The translations under genes and the position numbers were made by a program. From NCBI GenBank assembly GCA_965197525.1, contig OZ240211.1, positions 512,001-576,000 of the forward strand: a stretch of 64,000 bases of DNA, read 5' to 3'. Positions within the stretch are counted from its first letter, which is position 1. Every line of letters begins with the position of its first letter. Positions 10,144-19,799 of the stretch are shown piece by piece. The notes beneath the pieces were generated by a model. The model ran no database searches. It saw nothing but the letters and a program-made list of their open reading frames with translations, and had not been told where the DNA came from. Origin of the DNA: Nitrosopumilus sp. (GTDB taxonomy: Archaea > Thermoproteota > Nitrososphaeria > Nitrososphaerales > Nitrosopumilaceae).

Positions 10144-11558
10144 GGATACGGGATACACTATCAAAGTTGCATCAAGAGTTGGATGTTTCAAAGAACGTTA
10201 GAATTTACTTGTGTGGAGTTACAGTTTATGATGAATCACACATAGGACATGCAAGAACGATCATAGTTTTTGATGTTCTTCGAAGATATTTGGAGAGTAA
10301 AGATGTAAAGATAGAGTTTGTTCAAAACTTTACAGATGTTGATGACAAAATCATACAACGCGCACGACAAGAAAACACAACTGCTGATAATATCAGCACC
10401 AGATACATAAACAACTACTTTAGGGACTTTGACGGACTGAATGTAAAACGTGCTACAATGTATCCAAAGGCGACGCAGCATATTGATGACATCATCAGAG
10501 TCATACAAAAGCTAGTCGATGAAGACGCAGCATATACTACAGGCAACGGAGTGTATTTTGCAGTATCAAAATTTCCAGAATACGGCAAATTATCAAAAAA
10601 GAAGATAGAAGAGCTGCAGTCAGGGGCAAGAATAGAGATAGACGAGCAAAAACGAGATCCGCTTGATTTTGCGCTGTGGAAGAAGTCCTCAGACGTAGCA
10701 CCGACATGGCCTAGTCCATGGGGGACAGGAAGGCCCGGATGGCATATCGAATGCTCTGCAATGAGTATAAAGTATCTAGGAGAGAATTTTGAGATTCATG
10801 GCGGTGGACGAGACCTGATATTCCCACACCACGAAAATGAGATTGCACAGTCTGAGTCATATACCTGTGTGCCGTTTGCAAAAATTTGGATGCACGTTGG
10901 AATGGTAACAATAAACGGGGAGAAGATGTCCAAATCCATAGGAAACGTAAAGTCGATTAGAACAGTCTCTGATAGATGGGGTCCTAACATAGTTAGACTG
11001 TTCTGTCTGTCAGGGCATTACTCTAAGCCAATCGACTATTCTGAAGAGCTGTTAATGGAGAACTTGACAAAATGGAGGCAGGCAGAGGCGTGTTATTACG
11101 AATTGATTCATGCTTCTTCTTCTTCTAATGAGGAGGATGTAACAATCAATCTTGACATACAGAAAATAGTAGCAAGATTTGATGATGCGCTAGATGATGA
11201 TTTAAACACACATCTTGCGTTAACAGCGTTTTTTGAGGTGGCAAAAGAGACTAACAGGATAGTAGCTGCAAACCAAAGAATTGGAATAAGTGATGCAAAG
11301 ATGATCAAAATAGAATTTGAACGGATGCAAAAAATTTTAGGGCTAAGAGTTCAACAAATAACTACTGACGAAAAACAAGAGATCGACGAATTGCTTGCAA
11401 AAAGAGAACTACACAGAGAGAGAAAAGAGTTTGAAGAAGCTGATACAATTCGTAGACGACTAAACGAGATGAATATAGAGCTAGTTGATCATAAAGATAA
11501 AACGATTTGGATACGAAAAGAGATTATCAAAGCAGAGACTGAAAAAAACGAGATTTAG
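10140..11558 (+). CDS. cysS: Cysteine--tRNA ligase
   Basis: CGVTVYDESHIGHAR, DFALWK, GRPGWHIECSAM, HGGGRDLIFPHHENE, KMSKS. Confidence 0.97.
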   Translation: MRIRDTLSKLHQELDVSKNVRIYLCGVTVYDESHIGHARTIIVFDVLRRYLESKDVKIEFVQNFTDVDDKIIQRARQENTTADNISTRYINNYFRDFDGLNVKRATMYPKATQHIDDIIRVIQKLVDEDAAYTTGNGVYFAVSKFPEYGKLSKKKIEELQSGARIEIDEQKRDPLDFALWKKSSDVAPTWPSPWGTGRPGWHIECSAMSIKYLGENFEIHGGGRDLIFPHHENEIAQSESYTCVPFAKIWMHVGMVTINGEKMSKSIGNVKSIRTVSDRWGPNIVRLFCLSGHYSKPIDYSEELLMENLTKWRQAEACYYELIHASSSSNEEDVTINLDIQKIVARFDDALDDDLNTHLALTAFFEVAKETNRIVAANQRIGISDAKMIKIEFERMQKILGLRVQQITTDEKQEIDELLAKRELHRERKEFEEADTIRRRLNEMNIELVDHKDKTIWIRKEIIKAETEKNEI

Positions 11559-11736
11559 AATTGTGCATAATTTCTAGTAGTTTTATTCTGTAGGAAACTA
11601 AATTGCATGCTAGTTGCATTAACGCTCTTGAATCGCATCATTAAGAACTTGGATATAATTACTTGACATAGAAAACAATGACTACAAAATAAATATAGAG
11701 ATTTACAAGATGGCAGTACTGTAGTTATAGTTAATC

Positions 11737-13290
11737 CTATATCAGAAACAAAAATACCGAGGCAGGTATAATTACGTAATCAGTTTTAGATTCCAAATCG
11801 AGTTTTGACAAAACAATCCCGGTTTTTTTCACATCATTACGAAAGCTTGTTAATCCAGATAATTCCTTGGCGTTAATTTTTTGTCTAAACTTTACTTCGA
11901 TTGGAATTTCAATATCTCCAACTGAAAGCACGAAATCTACTTCCTTGTTGTTTTTACTCTTCCAGTAAAAGACATGGTTATGGTATTGAAAAATATGCTT
12001 TTTTGTACTCAGAGCAAAAGCTAATCTGATTAGGTGGTCGGCTACTATGCCTTCCACCATCTTTCCCTTATTTGCCTCGTCTTGTACGTACTGTAAGCTA
12101 AGATCAAAACTGTTCATTTGATCTGCCCATCCATTAAAAATATGGAGTAAAAATGGATCTCGGAAATAAAACTTCCGATCATTTTGGATTCTAGGCATCT
12201 TGTTTTTGGTACCGTATAGATACACGATTGATAAGACAAATAGATCATCTAATGTGTATGCATAGTCTGCCACAGTGTTTGGACTACCTATTGCAGATTC
12301 ACGGGAGAGATTGGTCCAAGAGGTATGGCTAGTCAAACCATTAATTATTGTTCTTCCAAATTGCCCAAGTAATGTTTCATTTTTAGATTGGCGACTCCAT
12401 TCGCCGGTAATGCCATTAAGATATTCATAGTAGATATTTTCGTCTAATATGCCGGTCGTGATCTTTTTATTAATTATGTAAGGAGTTCCTCCAGTGAGCA
12501 TATATTCATTTAACAAATCATTTAATTCATTTTGGTACGCATTAATTTTGTCAATATTTGAATGTATACTGAGATTAGTAAGATCCAGAAGAATGTTTTT
12601 CTTGTTTTGAGTACAATGTAATTTTAGATCTGAATGGAGTGATTTTAGTTCACTATTTTGCATGCAGACAAACTCAGAAAATTTCATAGGTAGCAAAATC
12701 TTATCATAGGTATCTGTTATTGTTCCCCTTCTGTTGGGTAGTCTTTCAGATGCATTCTTCAATCCAATTGCTTGTGAACCCGTAGCTACTAGTGTAACAT
12801 TGGGGATTTTATGCTGATCCACTAACCATTTGATACTTTTCTGCCAATCAATTACTGAAGTTGCTTCATCTAAAAAGATATACCGTCTATCGCTTTCTCG
12901 CAATTTTGGTGTTAATTTAAAATAAATTTCTATAACATCTACAATATCTTGTTTTGTATCATCAATGTCCAAAGAGTAATAGCATATCTGCCACGGCGAT
13001 ATTCCTTTGTCTAAAAAATCTTTGATCTGTAACATCAGTAATGTGGTTTTGCCAATTTGTCTAGGTCCACGTAGCGTATAGACTACGGTGTTAGTTGTAC
13101 TGAAATCCCACTTGATCTTATCTTTCAGTTCTGGAACATATTTCATCATAGATTTATGCCACTCGTAGATTTTTTGGTTATCGTTAATCTTGCTTGCATT
13201 CTTCCACCAAGGATTCATATCCCTTATTCGGTATTCGCTGACCATACAGGACATACTGAACGGTTCTTTATATATTACAGTCGGATCCAC
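11737..13290 (-). CDS. AAA_14/DUF4143-type ATPase with C-terminal PD-(D/E)XK-like domain (likely start ATG at 13254)
   Basis: LRGPRQIGKTT Walker A, IFLDEA Walker B, TGGTP, KFYFRDP, EVDFV...IPIEVK. More AT-rich than neighbours. Confidence 0.88.
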   Translation of the reverse strand: MDPTVIYKEPFSMSCMVSEYRIRDMNPWWKNASKINDNQKIYEWHKSMMKYVPELKDKIKWDFSTTNTVVYTLRGPRQIGKTTLLMLQIKDFLDKGISPWQICYYSLDIDDTKQDIVDVIEIYFKLTPKLRESDRRYIFLDEATSVIDWQKSIKWLVDQHKIPNVTLVATGSQAIGLKNASERLPNRRGTITDTYDKILLPMKFSEFVCMQNSELKSLHSDLKLHCTQNKKNILLDLTNLSIHSNIDKINAYQNELNDLLNEYMLTGGTPYIINKKITTGILDENIYYEYLNGITGEWSRQSKNETLLGQFGRTIINGLTSHTSWTNLSRESAIGSPNTVADYAYTLDDLFVLSIVYLYGTKNKMPRIQNDRKFYFRDPFLLHIFNGWADQMNSFDLSLQYVQDEANKGKMVEGIVADHLIRLAFALSTKKHIFQYHNHVFYWKSKNNKEVDFVLSVGDIEIPIEVKFRQKINAKELSGLTSFRNDVKKTGIVLSKLDLESKTDYVIIPASVFLFLI

Positions 13291-13430
13291 TGAACGGTTC
13301 TTTATATATTACAGTCGGATCCACTGAACGGTTCTTTATATATTACAGTCGGATCCACTGAACGGTTCTTTATATATTACAGTCGGATCCACTGAACGGT
13401 TCTTTATATATTACAGTCGGATCCACTGAA
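13255..13430. repeat. Tandem repeat, 34-bp unit x5 plus 6 bp (VNTR) directly upstream of the ATPase gene
   Basis: Unit ACTGAACGGTTCTTTATATATTACAGTCGGATCC is repeated perfectly with no spacers. Confidence 0.97.
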
Positions 13431-13574
13431 TTATTTGCCAACTTTATGATTTCCAAGGTTTGTGATCAGAGATCATGATATCTACCGTCTCGCTAGCCTG
13501 CACAAGTATTTGGCTATTCTGAATTTAATTACTTTGAGGGTAAATTGTAATTAGTAAAGAGATTACCAACTAGA

Positions 13575-15596
13575 TTACATCATGTTAGGAACTCGGATTC
13601 CAAGAAGAAACAACGCCTTCTCTAGAGTAATCTTAAAAGAGTTTACAAGACAGAGACGGGCAGATTCAAGCGAATCATCATCTAAATTCAAAACTTTGAC
13701 ATGCTCATAAAACGAATTAAATGAGACGGCCAAGTCATGAGAGTATCGTGCAATGACTTTGGGGGATAAATTGTTTGCAGCGTCACGAACTTTGAGATTA
13801 AAGAGACCTATATTTTGAATCAAATCTAGTTCAGAGGATTCTTTTAGATGAGAGAAATCAACGTCTATTGAAGGCGTTCTTTTAGATCTCTCTAAAATTC
13901 TCAATGCCCTAACAAAAGTATATTGGATGTACGGAGCAGTGTCACCATCTAAACTAAGGGATTTTTTCAGATCAAATGTGATTACCTTGTCCAAATCCTG
14001 TTTTATCATCTCATATCTCAAAGTACCAACTGAAATAGAATGTGCAATATCTTCAATCGCACTGTCAGATATATCAGGATGTCGTCTTTTAGTCTCTTCC
14101 ATCGACTTTGTTTTTAACATGTCATACATCGAATCGGCACTAACATACAGACCTTTTCTACCAGACATCTGAACTTGTTTGCCTCCGGTATCCAAGCCAA
14201 GCATCTCTGCAGTATCAGAGCTTAGTATAACTGACTCATAACCGAGATGAATGTATGAGTCAGGTGCAGATTTGAATCTATCCATTAACAATGTTATGAT
14301 CTTTTGCAATCCAGCTTGCCGTGAATCAATTACAGTGATAACGCGTGATGCAGTAAAATCTTTTTTGATATTATTAGCATCAGAGTTAACAAGACTGGTT
14401 TGCCATAAAATACGAGGGGCAGGTTGTTGTTGTTGTTGTGTTACATCATATTTGGTATAAGTGAACGGATCATCGACTAGTCCTAGTTTCCAAGCAGCGT
14501 ACGGAATGTCTTTGGCAATGTATGTTGCAGTGCCGTTACTCCTAATAATCACGGTATCAGGATTGCCATCATAAGTATTGTTAGTGTAGCGGACAGCATT
14601 GTCATCATCAACAGTATCAACAATTACGCTAGTACCACTAGTATCACCACCAGAACTATCGTGTCTCCTACTACCGCTACTGTTGCTATGACCTCGAATA
14701 ACCCAGCATCCGGTATTATCGCCCTCTGTCTCAAACTCGATTAACTTCATGGCCTTGAGCTTTTCAAATATTTGAGCCCATAGCCCCGAACGAATAATCT
14801 GAGATTCAAAGTTCAAACAGTCATAAGATACGCCCAGATTCCAGCATGTCTCAAGCTGCCCTGCCAAAACCCTTCGGGTAATCTTGTCTGCAAACCTTGC
14901 AGTATCAGAGGTTCCATCCTCTAACTCTTTGAGTATATCTCGCCTAACACTCTCAAGGCTGGGATCTTTTTCTATTTGCAAAGTAGTTTTTACATAGATG
15001 TCATCACCACAATAATGATCAAATTTTTTCTCATTAGGAGGTGTCAAATCATACTTGAGATGCATGAATCCAAGTAGAATGTCTGCCACTTGAAGTCCCG
15101 AATCATCAATGTAATTTAGTATGTTGACTTTGTAATTGGATTTTTTTAGTATTCTAGAGACCGTATCACCAATAACAATATTTCTTACATGTCCAATGTG
15201 TAATGCTTTGTTTGGGTTTACACTAGTATGTTCGACTGTAATGGTAGAGCCATTGCCAATATCAACATCGCCAAAAGTGTCAAGGTGTGATTCACAGATG
15301 ATCAATTCGTTTAGCTTGTCCCAATCAGCAAAAAAGTTGAGATATCCTGATCTATGAGCATTACTAGTCTTAACAAGTGTACTCATACAAGAGTCATATT
15401 TGTCAGATAGCATCTGGGCAATATCAAAAGGGTTTTGCTTGAGTTTCTTTGCAAGTAAAAACGCAATATTAGAGGTAACGTCACCAAAACCAGGTTTTGC
15501 AGGTTCGACTGAAAAGGAGACACCCGAGATCTCAAGATCGGATAATATCTTGTTTAGATTGTTTCGAATTTCATCAAGAATTGATTGGAACGTCAT
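13575..15596 (-). CDS. argS: Arginine--tRNA ligase
   Basis: FGDVTSN, VEHTSVNPNKALHIGHVRN, MSGRKG, GDTAPYIQY, C-terminal DALR domain. Carries S/G/D-rich and poly-Q inserts. Confidence 0.97.
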   Translation of the reverse strand: MTFQSILDEIRNNLNKILSDLEISGVSFSVEPAKPGFGDVTSNIAFLLAKKLKQNPFDIAQMLSDKYDSCMSTLVKTSNAHRSGYLNFFADWDKLNELIICESHLDTFGDVDIGNGSTITVEHTSVNPNKALHIGHVRNIVIGDTVSRILKKSNYKVNILNYIDDSGLQVADILLGFMHLKYDLTPPNEKKFDHYCGDDIYVKTTLQIEKDPSLESVRRDILKELEDGTSDTARFADKITRRVLAGQLETCWNLGVSYDCLNFESQIIRSGLWAQIFEKLKAMKLIEFETEGDNTGCWVIRGHSNSSGSRRHDSSGGDTSGTSVIVDTVDDDNAVRYTNNTYDGNPDTVIIRSNGTATYIAKDIPYAAWKLGLVDDPFTYTKYDVTQQQQQPAPRILWQTSLVNSDANNIKKDFTASRVITVIDSRQAGLQKIITLLMDRFKSAPDSYIHLGYESVILSSDTAEMLGLDTGGKQVQMSGRKGLYVSADSMYDMLKTKSMEETKRRHPDISDSAIEDIAHSISVGTLRYEMIKQDLDKVITFDLKKSLSLDGDTAPYIQYTFVRALRILERSKRTPSIDVDFSHLKESSELDLIQNIGLFNLKVRDAANNLSPKVIARYSHDLAVSFNSFYEHVKVLNLDDDSLESARLCLVNSFKITLEKALFLLGIRVPNMM

Positions 15597-15611
15597 AACA
15601 TATCATCATCG

Positions 15612-16307
15612 TCATAATAACAGCTGCGGCGCTAATTTATCTAATGCCTCAAGAATACCATCACCTGCATGTCCAGGTACAGTCATTGTAGCATGGGATT
15701 TTACCTGTTCTGAAGCATTACCCAATGCAATACTTGTCTTTGCCACTTGGAATAATGGAACGTCAGTTAGGCTATCGCCTATAGCTATAACGTCATCAAG
15801 AGTAATAGACATCCTATTCATAATATTAGTAAATCCAGTACCCTTGTTAATACCTAAAGAATTGATATGATACGCATAACGACTGTCAGATAATACAACA
15901 CCAATGTTACGCTCAGCTAGTATATCTCTTGCAAGGTCTAGATCAAATGTTCTCTCCAAAATAACTTCAGTCATTCGAGGAAACACAGACATCTGTCGTA
16001 CGTCATCAAGATTGCTCTGAAGTACCGCAAATGCATTTTTACACGCTGTAATATCTCCTAACAGCGTATGGCTGTTAGTGTTATCGGTAATGCATCCGCC
16101 ATTCTCACCGACTGCAATCTTTGTAGTGCCAGCAGTAACTGCAAGCAGAAAACCTTCAACGGATGAACGGCCGGTTACAAAGATGACATTGTGGCCCATC
16201 TCAGTTAAGCGTCTTAATGCTGCAAGTGCCTCAAGGTTAATTGTCATACTTTGATTGTCTTCGGTAATTGTACCATCAATATCGACTGCAAATGTCTTGG
16301 GCTTCAT
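15612..16307 (-). CDS. HAD-superfamily phosphoglycolate phosphatase (SPP-like)
   Basis: AVDIDGTIT, TGRS, NKGTG, AIGDSLTD. Confidence 0.9.
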   Translation of the reverse strand: MKPKTFAVDIDGTITEDNQSMTINLEALAALRRLTEMGHNVIFVTGRSSVEGFLLAVTAGTTKIAVGENGGCITDNTNSHTLLGDITACKNAFAVLQSNLDDVRQMSVFPRMTEVILERTFDLDLARDILAERNIGVVLSDSRYAYHINSLGINKGTGFTNIMNRMSITLDDVIAIGDSLTDVPLFQVAKTSIALGNASEQVKSHATMTVPGHAGDGILEALDKLAPQLLL

Positions 16308-16373
16308 ACGTATTCTTCAGAGAACCCCGATAATATCTGCTACGCTAGCAAGTAATACGGTTTTATTTGAAAA

Positions 16374-17660
16374 GGTTTTGTGAAGTTATCGGGAGTTATA
16401 TGTCATCCCTAAAATGTATAAACCTCTGAACCGTAAGATATTCGTTGAGAGCGATAAAGTCAATATCACAGAAATATGCGCAAAACTCTGATCTAATGGA
16501 TATGATGGCTATATTCACAAAGATGGTCAATCATTGCATCAAGATAGGGTTGAAAGAAGACACTCACAATATGAAGAGGTTGTCCATGTTATGTTATCAT
16601 GAATTACGTAACTATGGCATTTTATCAACATACAAGATATGTGCAATATCAAGAGCTGCAGGCATATTATCAAACAGAAAACAATCAATCAAACGAGGTG
16701 TCAGAATAAGAGACCCAATAGTCAAAAATCCCTTTATGACAAACTGTTACGGCATAAAACACAACGGTGCACTACTAACAATCCCATACAAGAAACATAA
16801 CCCAATCAGCATTTTACTCAACGATCACACCCAAAAAATCCTATCTGATCCCGCCTTGACGGTGCGCTCGTTTTCATTGACTGCTCTCAACATCAGTCTT
16901 TGTGTTTCAAAAACAGTACAAGAGATAGAGTGCACCAAGAAGGTGGGAATAGACAGAAACCTAAGAAATGTGACGTGTGGGGACGAGGAAGAGGTGACAG
17001 TCTACAAGACAAACAAACTGTTATCCATAAAGGAGAACACAATACACGCCAGGGCAGGCTTCCACAGAAATGATCGCAGGAAGAAAAATCAGTTCTACAA
17101 GGAAAAACAGAGAAGACTGACTAACAGAGCAAAGCAGTACATCCACAGAATCTCAAAGGATATAGTAGACAACGCAGTCAAAAACAAGACTGCAATCGTC
17201 ATGGAAAACCTGAAAGGAATAAGAAAATTGTACCGAAAAGGAAACACTCAAGGTAACAAGTACAGACGTAGATTGAACGGGTGGCAATTCTACGAGTTAC
17301 AACGCCAAATAGAATACAAAGCCCAATGGGTCGGACTACCTCCAGTCGAGACAGTAGACCCAAGAAACACGAGCACGCAGTGTCCACAATGCGGAAAGAG
17401 ACTCCAAGAGGACATGCAACAACATCGTAAATTGTCGTGTAATAATTGCGGTTTGTTTATGGACAGGGACATCATCGCTGCCATGAACATATCACGCAAA
17501 CTGCCCCCTAGGTTTAGGGGTAGTAGAGGTGACATAGATGAAGCACAGTCCGGCACTTTTGAGCAGGCGATGACGGAACCCAGCACACCATTGGTAATCC
17601 GAATAGTCGATATGTCAAAGTCGAGTTATAGGGGTTAACTCCCGATAACTTCACAGAACC
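16374..17660 (+). mobile_element. Family-1 element copy A (1287 bp): tnpB between IS6-like 25-bp TIRs
   Basis: Left GGTTTTGTGAAGTTATCGGGAGTTA (16374-16398), right end reverse complement GGTTCTGTGAAGTTATCGGGAGTTA (17636-17660). Same length as copy B. No 8-bp TSD. Confidence 0.92.
16445..17638 (+). CDS. tnpB: TnpB RNA-guided endonuclease (397 aa), catalytic residues intact
   Basis: RuvC-I VGIDRN, RuvC-II IVMENL, CPQC/CNNC Zn finger, RuvC-III DRDIIAAMNI. Stop codon lies inside the right TIR. Confidence 0.95.
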   Translation: MRAIKSISQKYAQNSDLMDMMAIFTKMVNHCIKIGLKEDTHNMKRLSMLCYHELRNYGILSTYKICAISRAAGILSNRKQSIKRGVRIRDPIVKNPFMTNCYGIKHNGALLTIPYKKHNPISILLNDHTQKILSDPALTVRSFSLTALNISLCVSKTVQEIECTKKVGIDRNLRNVTCGDEEEVTVYKTNKLLSIKENTIHARAGFHRNDRRKKNQFYKEKQRRLTNRAKQYIHRISKDIVDNAVKNKTAIVMENLKGIRKLYRKGNTQGNKYRRRLNGWQFYELQRQIEYKAQWVGLPPVETVDPRNTSTQCPQCGKRLQEDMQQHRKLSCNNCGLFMDRDIIAAMNISRKLPPRFRGSRGDIDEAQSGTFEQAMTEPSTPLVIRIVDMSKSSYRG

Positions 17661-17688
17661 AAAAGAATAGTAAAAAAGATGAAGATTA

Positions 17689-18804
17689 TTGGGAATTCCT
17701 GAAAAGATCAAAGCCATACAAGATGAAATGGCAAAGACGCAGATCAACAAGGCAACAGAGCACCACATAGGATTACTCAAAGCAAAGATTGCCAAGCTCA
17801 AAAGAGAACAAGAAGCAGATGCTGTCAAAAAATCAGGCATGAAGCAAGATGGATTTGATGTAAGGCGTAGCGGAGATGCGACAGTGGTATTCATAGGACT
17901 GCCAAGTGTCGGAAAATCTACACTGTTAAACAAGATGACTGGTGCTAACTCAACCATAGGGGCTTTCCAATTTACAACACTGACTGTTGTTCCGGGGATG
18001 ATGGAGTACAGGGGCGCAAAGATCCAAGTATTGGATCTGCCAGGGATCATAAAAGGTGCATCAACAGGCAAAGGATTAGGAAAGAGAATATTATCAGTTG
18101 CAAGATCAGCTGACCTAGTACTGTTGATGTTAGATGTATTTCAACCATATCACGAGGACGTGTTAATAAATGAATTAGGCAATATTGGAATAAGATTAAA
18201 CCGCCTACCACCGAACATCACAATTGAAAAAGCATCAATGGGAGGAATTGCAGTTGCGCAACAAGTAAAATTAACAAAGATCACAGAGAAACATCTCAAA
18301 GACATATTACATCTGTACGGATTGGTTAGCGCACGCGTGGTAATAAGAGAAGATATAACATCTGAACAATTGGCAGATCATATTGCAGGAAATATTAGTT
18401 ATTCAAAAGCTATCACGATACTAAACAAGATTGATCTAGTGGATAAAGTATTTCTCAATAATTTAAAAACAAAGATAAAATCAGACGTAGTAGAGGTGTC
18501 TGCAAATGCAGATATCAACATTGAACTACTCAAAGAAAAGATATATCAGAAATTAAAATTTATTAGAATATATATGAGACCCAAGGGCGGAGAGACTGAT
18601 TTTAAAGAACCGTTAATTGCAAGAGAAGGTGACACAGTTGAAGAAATTTGTAACAAACTTCATCGCAGGTTAAGAAGAGAGTTCAGATACGGTTTAGTTT
18701 GGGGCAAGAGTGTAAAGTTTGGAGGACAGCGAGTGGGATTAAGTCACATTTTAGTCGATGAGGATGTGCTCACCATAATAAAAAAGCGTGGAAGTACTGT
18801 ATAA
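17689..18804 (+). CDS. DRG/OBG-family GTPase with TGS domain
   Basis: HIGLLKAKIAKL, GLPSVGKST, FTTL, DLPGII, NKID, C-terminal TGS. Confidence 0.95.
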   Translation: MGIPEKIKAIQDEMAKTQINKATEHHIGLLKAKIAKLKREQEADAVKKSGMKQDGFDVRRSGDATVVFIGLPSVGKSTLLNKMTGANSTIGAFQFTTLTVVPGMMEYRGAKIQVLDLPGIIKGASTGKGLGKRILSVARSADLVLLMLDVFQPYHEDVLINELGNIGIRLNRLPPNITIEKASMGGIAVAQQVKLTKITEKHLKDILHLYGLVSARVVIREDITSEQLADHIAGNISYSKAITILNKIDLVDKVFLNNLKTKIKSDVVEVSANADINIELLKEKIYQKLKFIRIYMRPKGGETDFKEPLIAREGDTVEEICNKLHRRLRREFRYGLVWGKSVKFGGQRVGLSHILVDEDVLTIIKKRGSTV

Positions 18805-19009
18805 CTAGAAAAAATCAAGCGTATGCTGTGCTGCGTGTGCCTGTATGACACCATAACGAGAGTCTTATTCATAATTGAAAGCTCCATGTGTAGAAAAATT
18901 GTAGAAAAAATACACGATTAAAGGAGAAATTTACTTTATAATTTATAATCAAATTGTGTAAACTTTTTTAGTGTAGTAATTCAAAAATGGGAAAAAGCTC
19001 AACATTGCA

Positions 19010-19570
19010 ATGGCTATAAGAAAAACTTCTACAGCTAAACGTAGAACAGCTAAGAAAACTACTGCAAGAAAGACATCTACAAAGAAAGCAGCTCCTAGAC
19101 GAAGTGCAGCAAAGAAAGCAGCTCCTAGACGAAGTGCAGCAAAGAAAGCAGCTCCTAGACGAAGTGCAGCAAAGAAAGCAGCTCCTAGACGAAGTGCAGC
19201 AAAGAAAGCAGCTCCTAGACGAAGTGCAGCAAAGAAAGCAGCTCCTAGACGAAGTGCAGCAAAGAAAGCAGCTCCTAGACGAAGTGCAGCAAAGAAAGCA
19301 GCTCCTAGACGAAGTGCAGCAAAGAAAGCAGCTCCTAGACGAAGTGCAGCAAAGAAAGCAGCTCCTAGACGAAGTGCAGCAAAGAAAGCAGCTCCTAGAC
19401 GAAGTGCAGCAAAGAAAGCAGCTCCTAGACGAAGTGCAGCAAAGAAAGCAGCTCCTAGACGAAGTGCAGCAAAGAAAGCAGCTCCTAGACGAAGTGCAGC
19501 AAAGAAAGCAGCTCCTAGACGAAGTGCAGCAAAGAAAGCAGCTCCTAGACGAAGTGCAAAGAGACGATAA
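19010..19570 (+). CDS. Histone-H1-like Lys/Ala/Arg-rich repeat protein
   Basis: Basic N-terminus (AKRRTAKKTTARKT) continues in frame into 16 x KKAAPRRSAA. Confidence 0.8.
   Translation: MAIRKTSTAKRRTAKKTTARKTSTKKAAPRRSAAKKAAPRRSAAKKAAPRRSAAKKAAPRRSAAKKAAPRRSAAKKAAPRRSAAKKAAPRRSAAKKAAPRRSAAKKAAPRRSAAKKAAPRRSAAKKAAPRRSAAKKAAPRRSAAKKAAPRRSAAKKAAPRRSAAKKAAPRRSAAKKAAPRRSAKRR
19081..19560 (+). repeat. 30-bp tandem repeat x16 (coding)
   Basis: AAAGAAAGCAGCTCCTAGACGAAGTGCAGC is identical in 15 copies. The last copy ends AAA. Confidence 0.97.
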
Positions 19571-19799
19571 ATTCGTTAACACAATTAACAATCATCGGAC
19601 AAACGACGGATTGTTTTCTATTTTTCTAAATGACTCAGTATTAACTATAAAGTATTAAACTCGATTTTAGTTTTTTAAGATTTGTAATCATAAAATTTTA
19701 AAAAATTATTAATTATCAAACATATGACAGAATCAATAATTATAGAGATATTGCATATTGCATATTTTTGATGAATAGTTTATTGTTTGAAGAAGCACG

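Noticed and set aside
13255-13430. CRISPR array (34-bp repeats)
   Set aside because: The units are contiguous with no spacers, and no cas genes are nearby.
16315-16326. TIR-like 12-mer CTTCAGAGAACC upstream of copy A
   Set aside because: It is short, has one mismatch and has no partner end or associated tnpB sequence. It may be a relic but cannot be supported.
16374-17660. Canonical IS200/IS605, IS1341 or IS607 element
   Set aside because: No TnpA (Y1 or serine) is present, and the boundaries are defined by TIRs, with TSDs in sister copies.
18968-19658. Alternative-frame ORFs over the 30-bp repeat (QQRKQLLDEV; Cys-rich antisense)
   Set aside because: These are shadows of a stop-free repeat. 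Only the K/A/R frame is continuous with a compositionally matching unique N-terminus.
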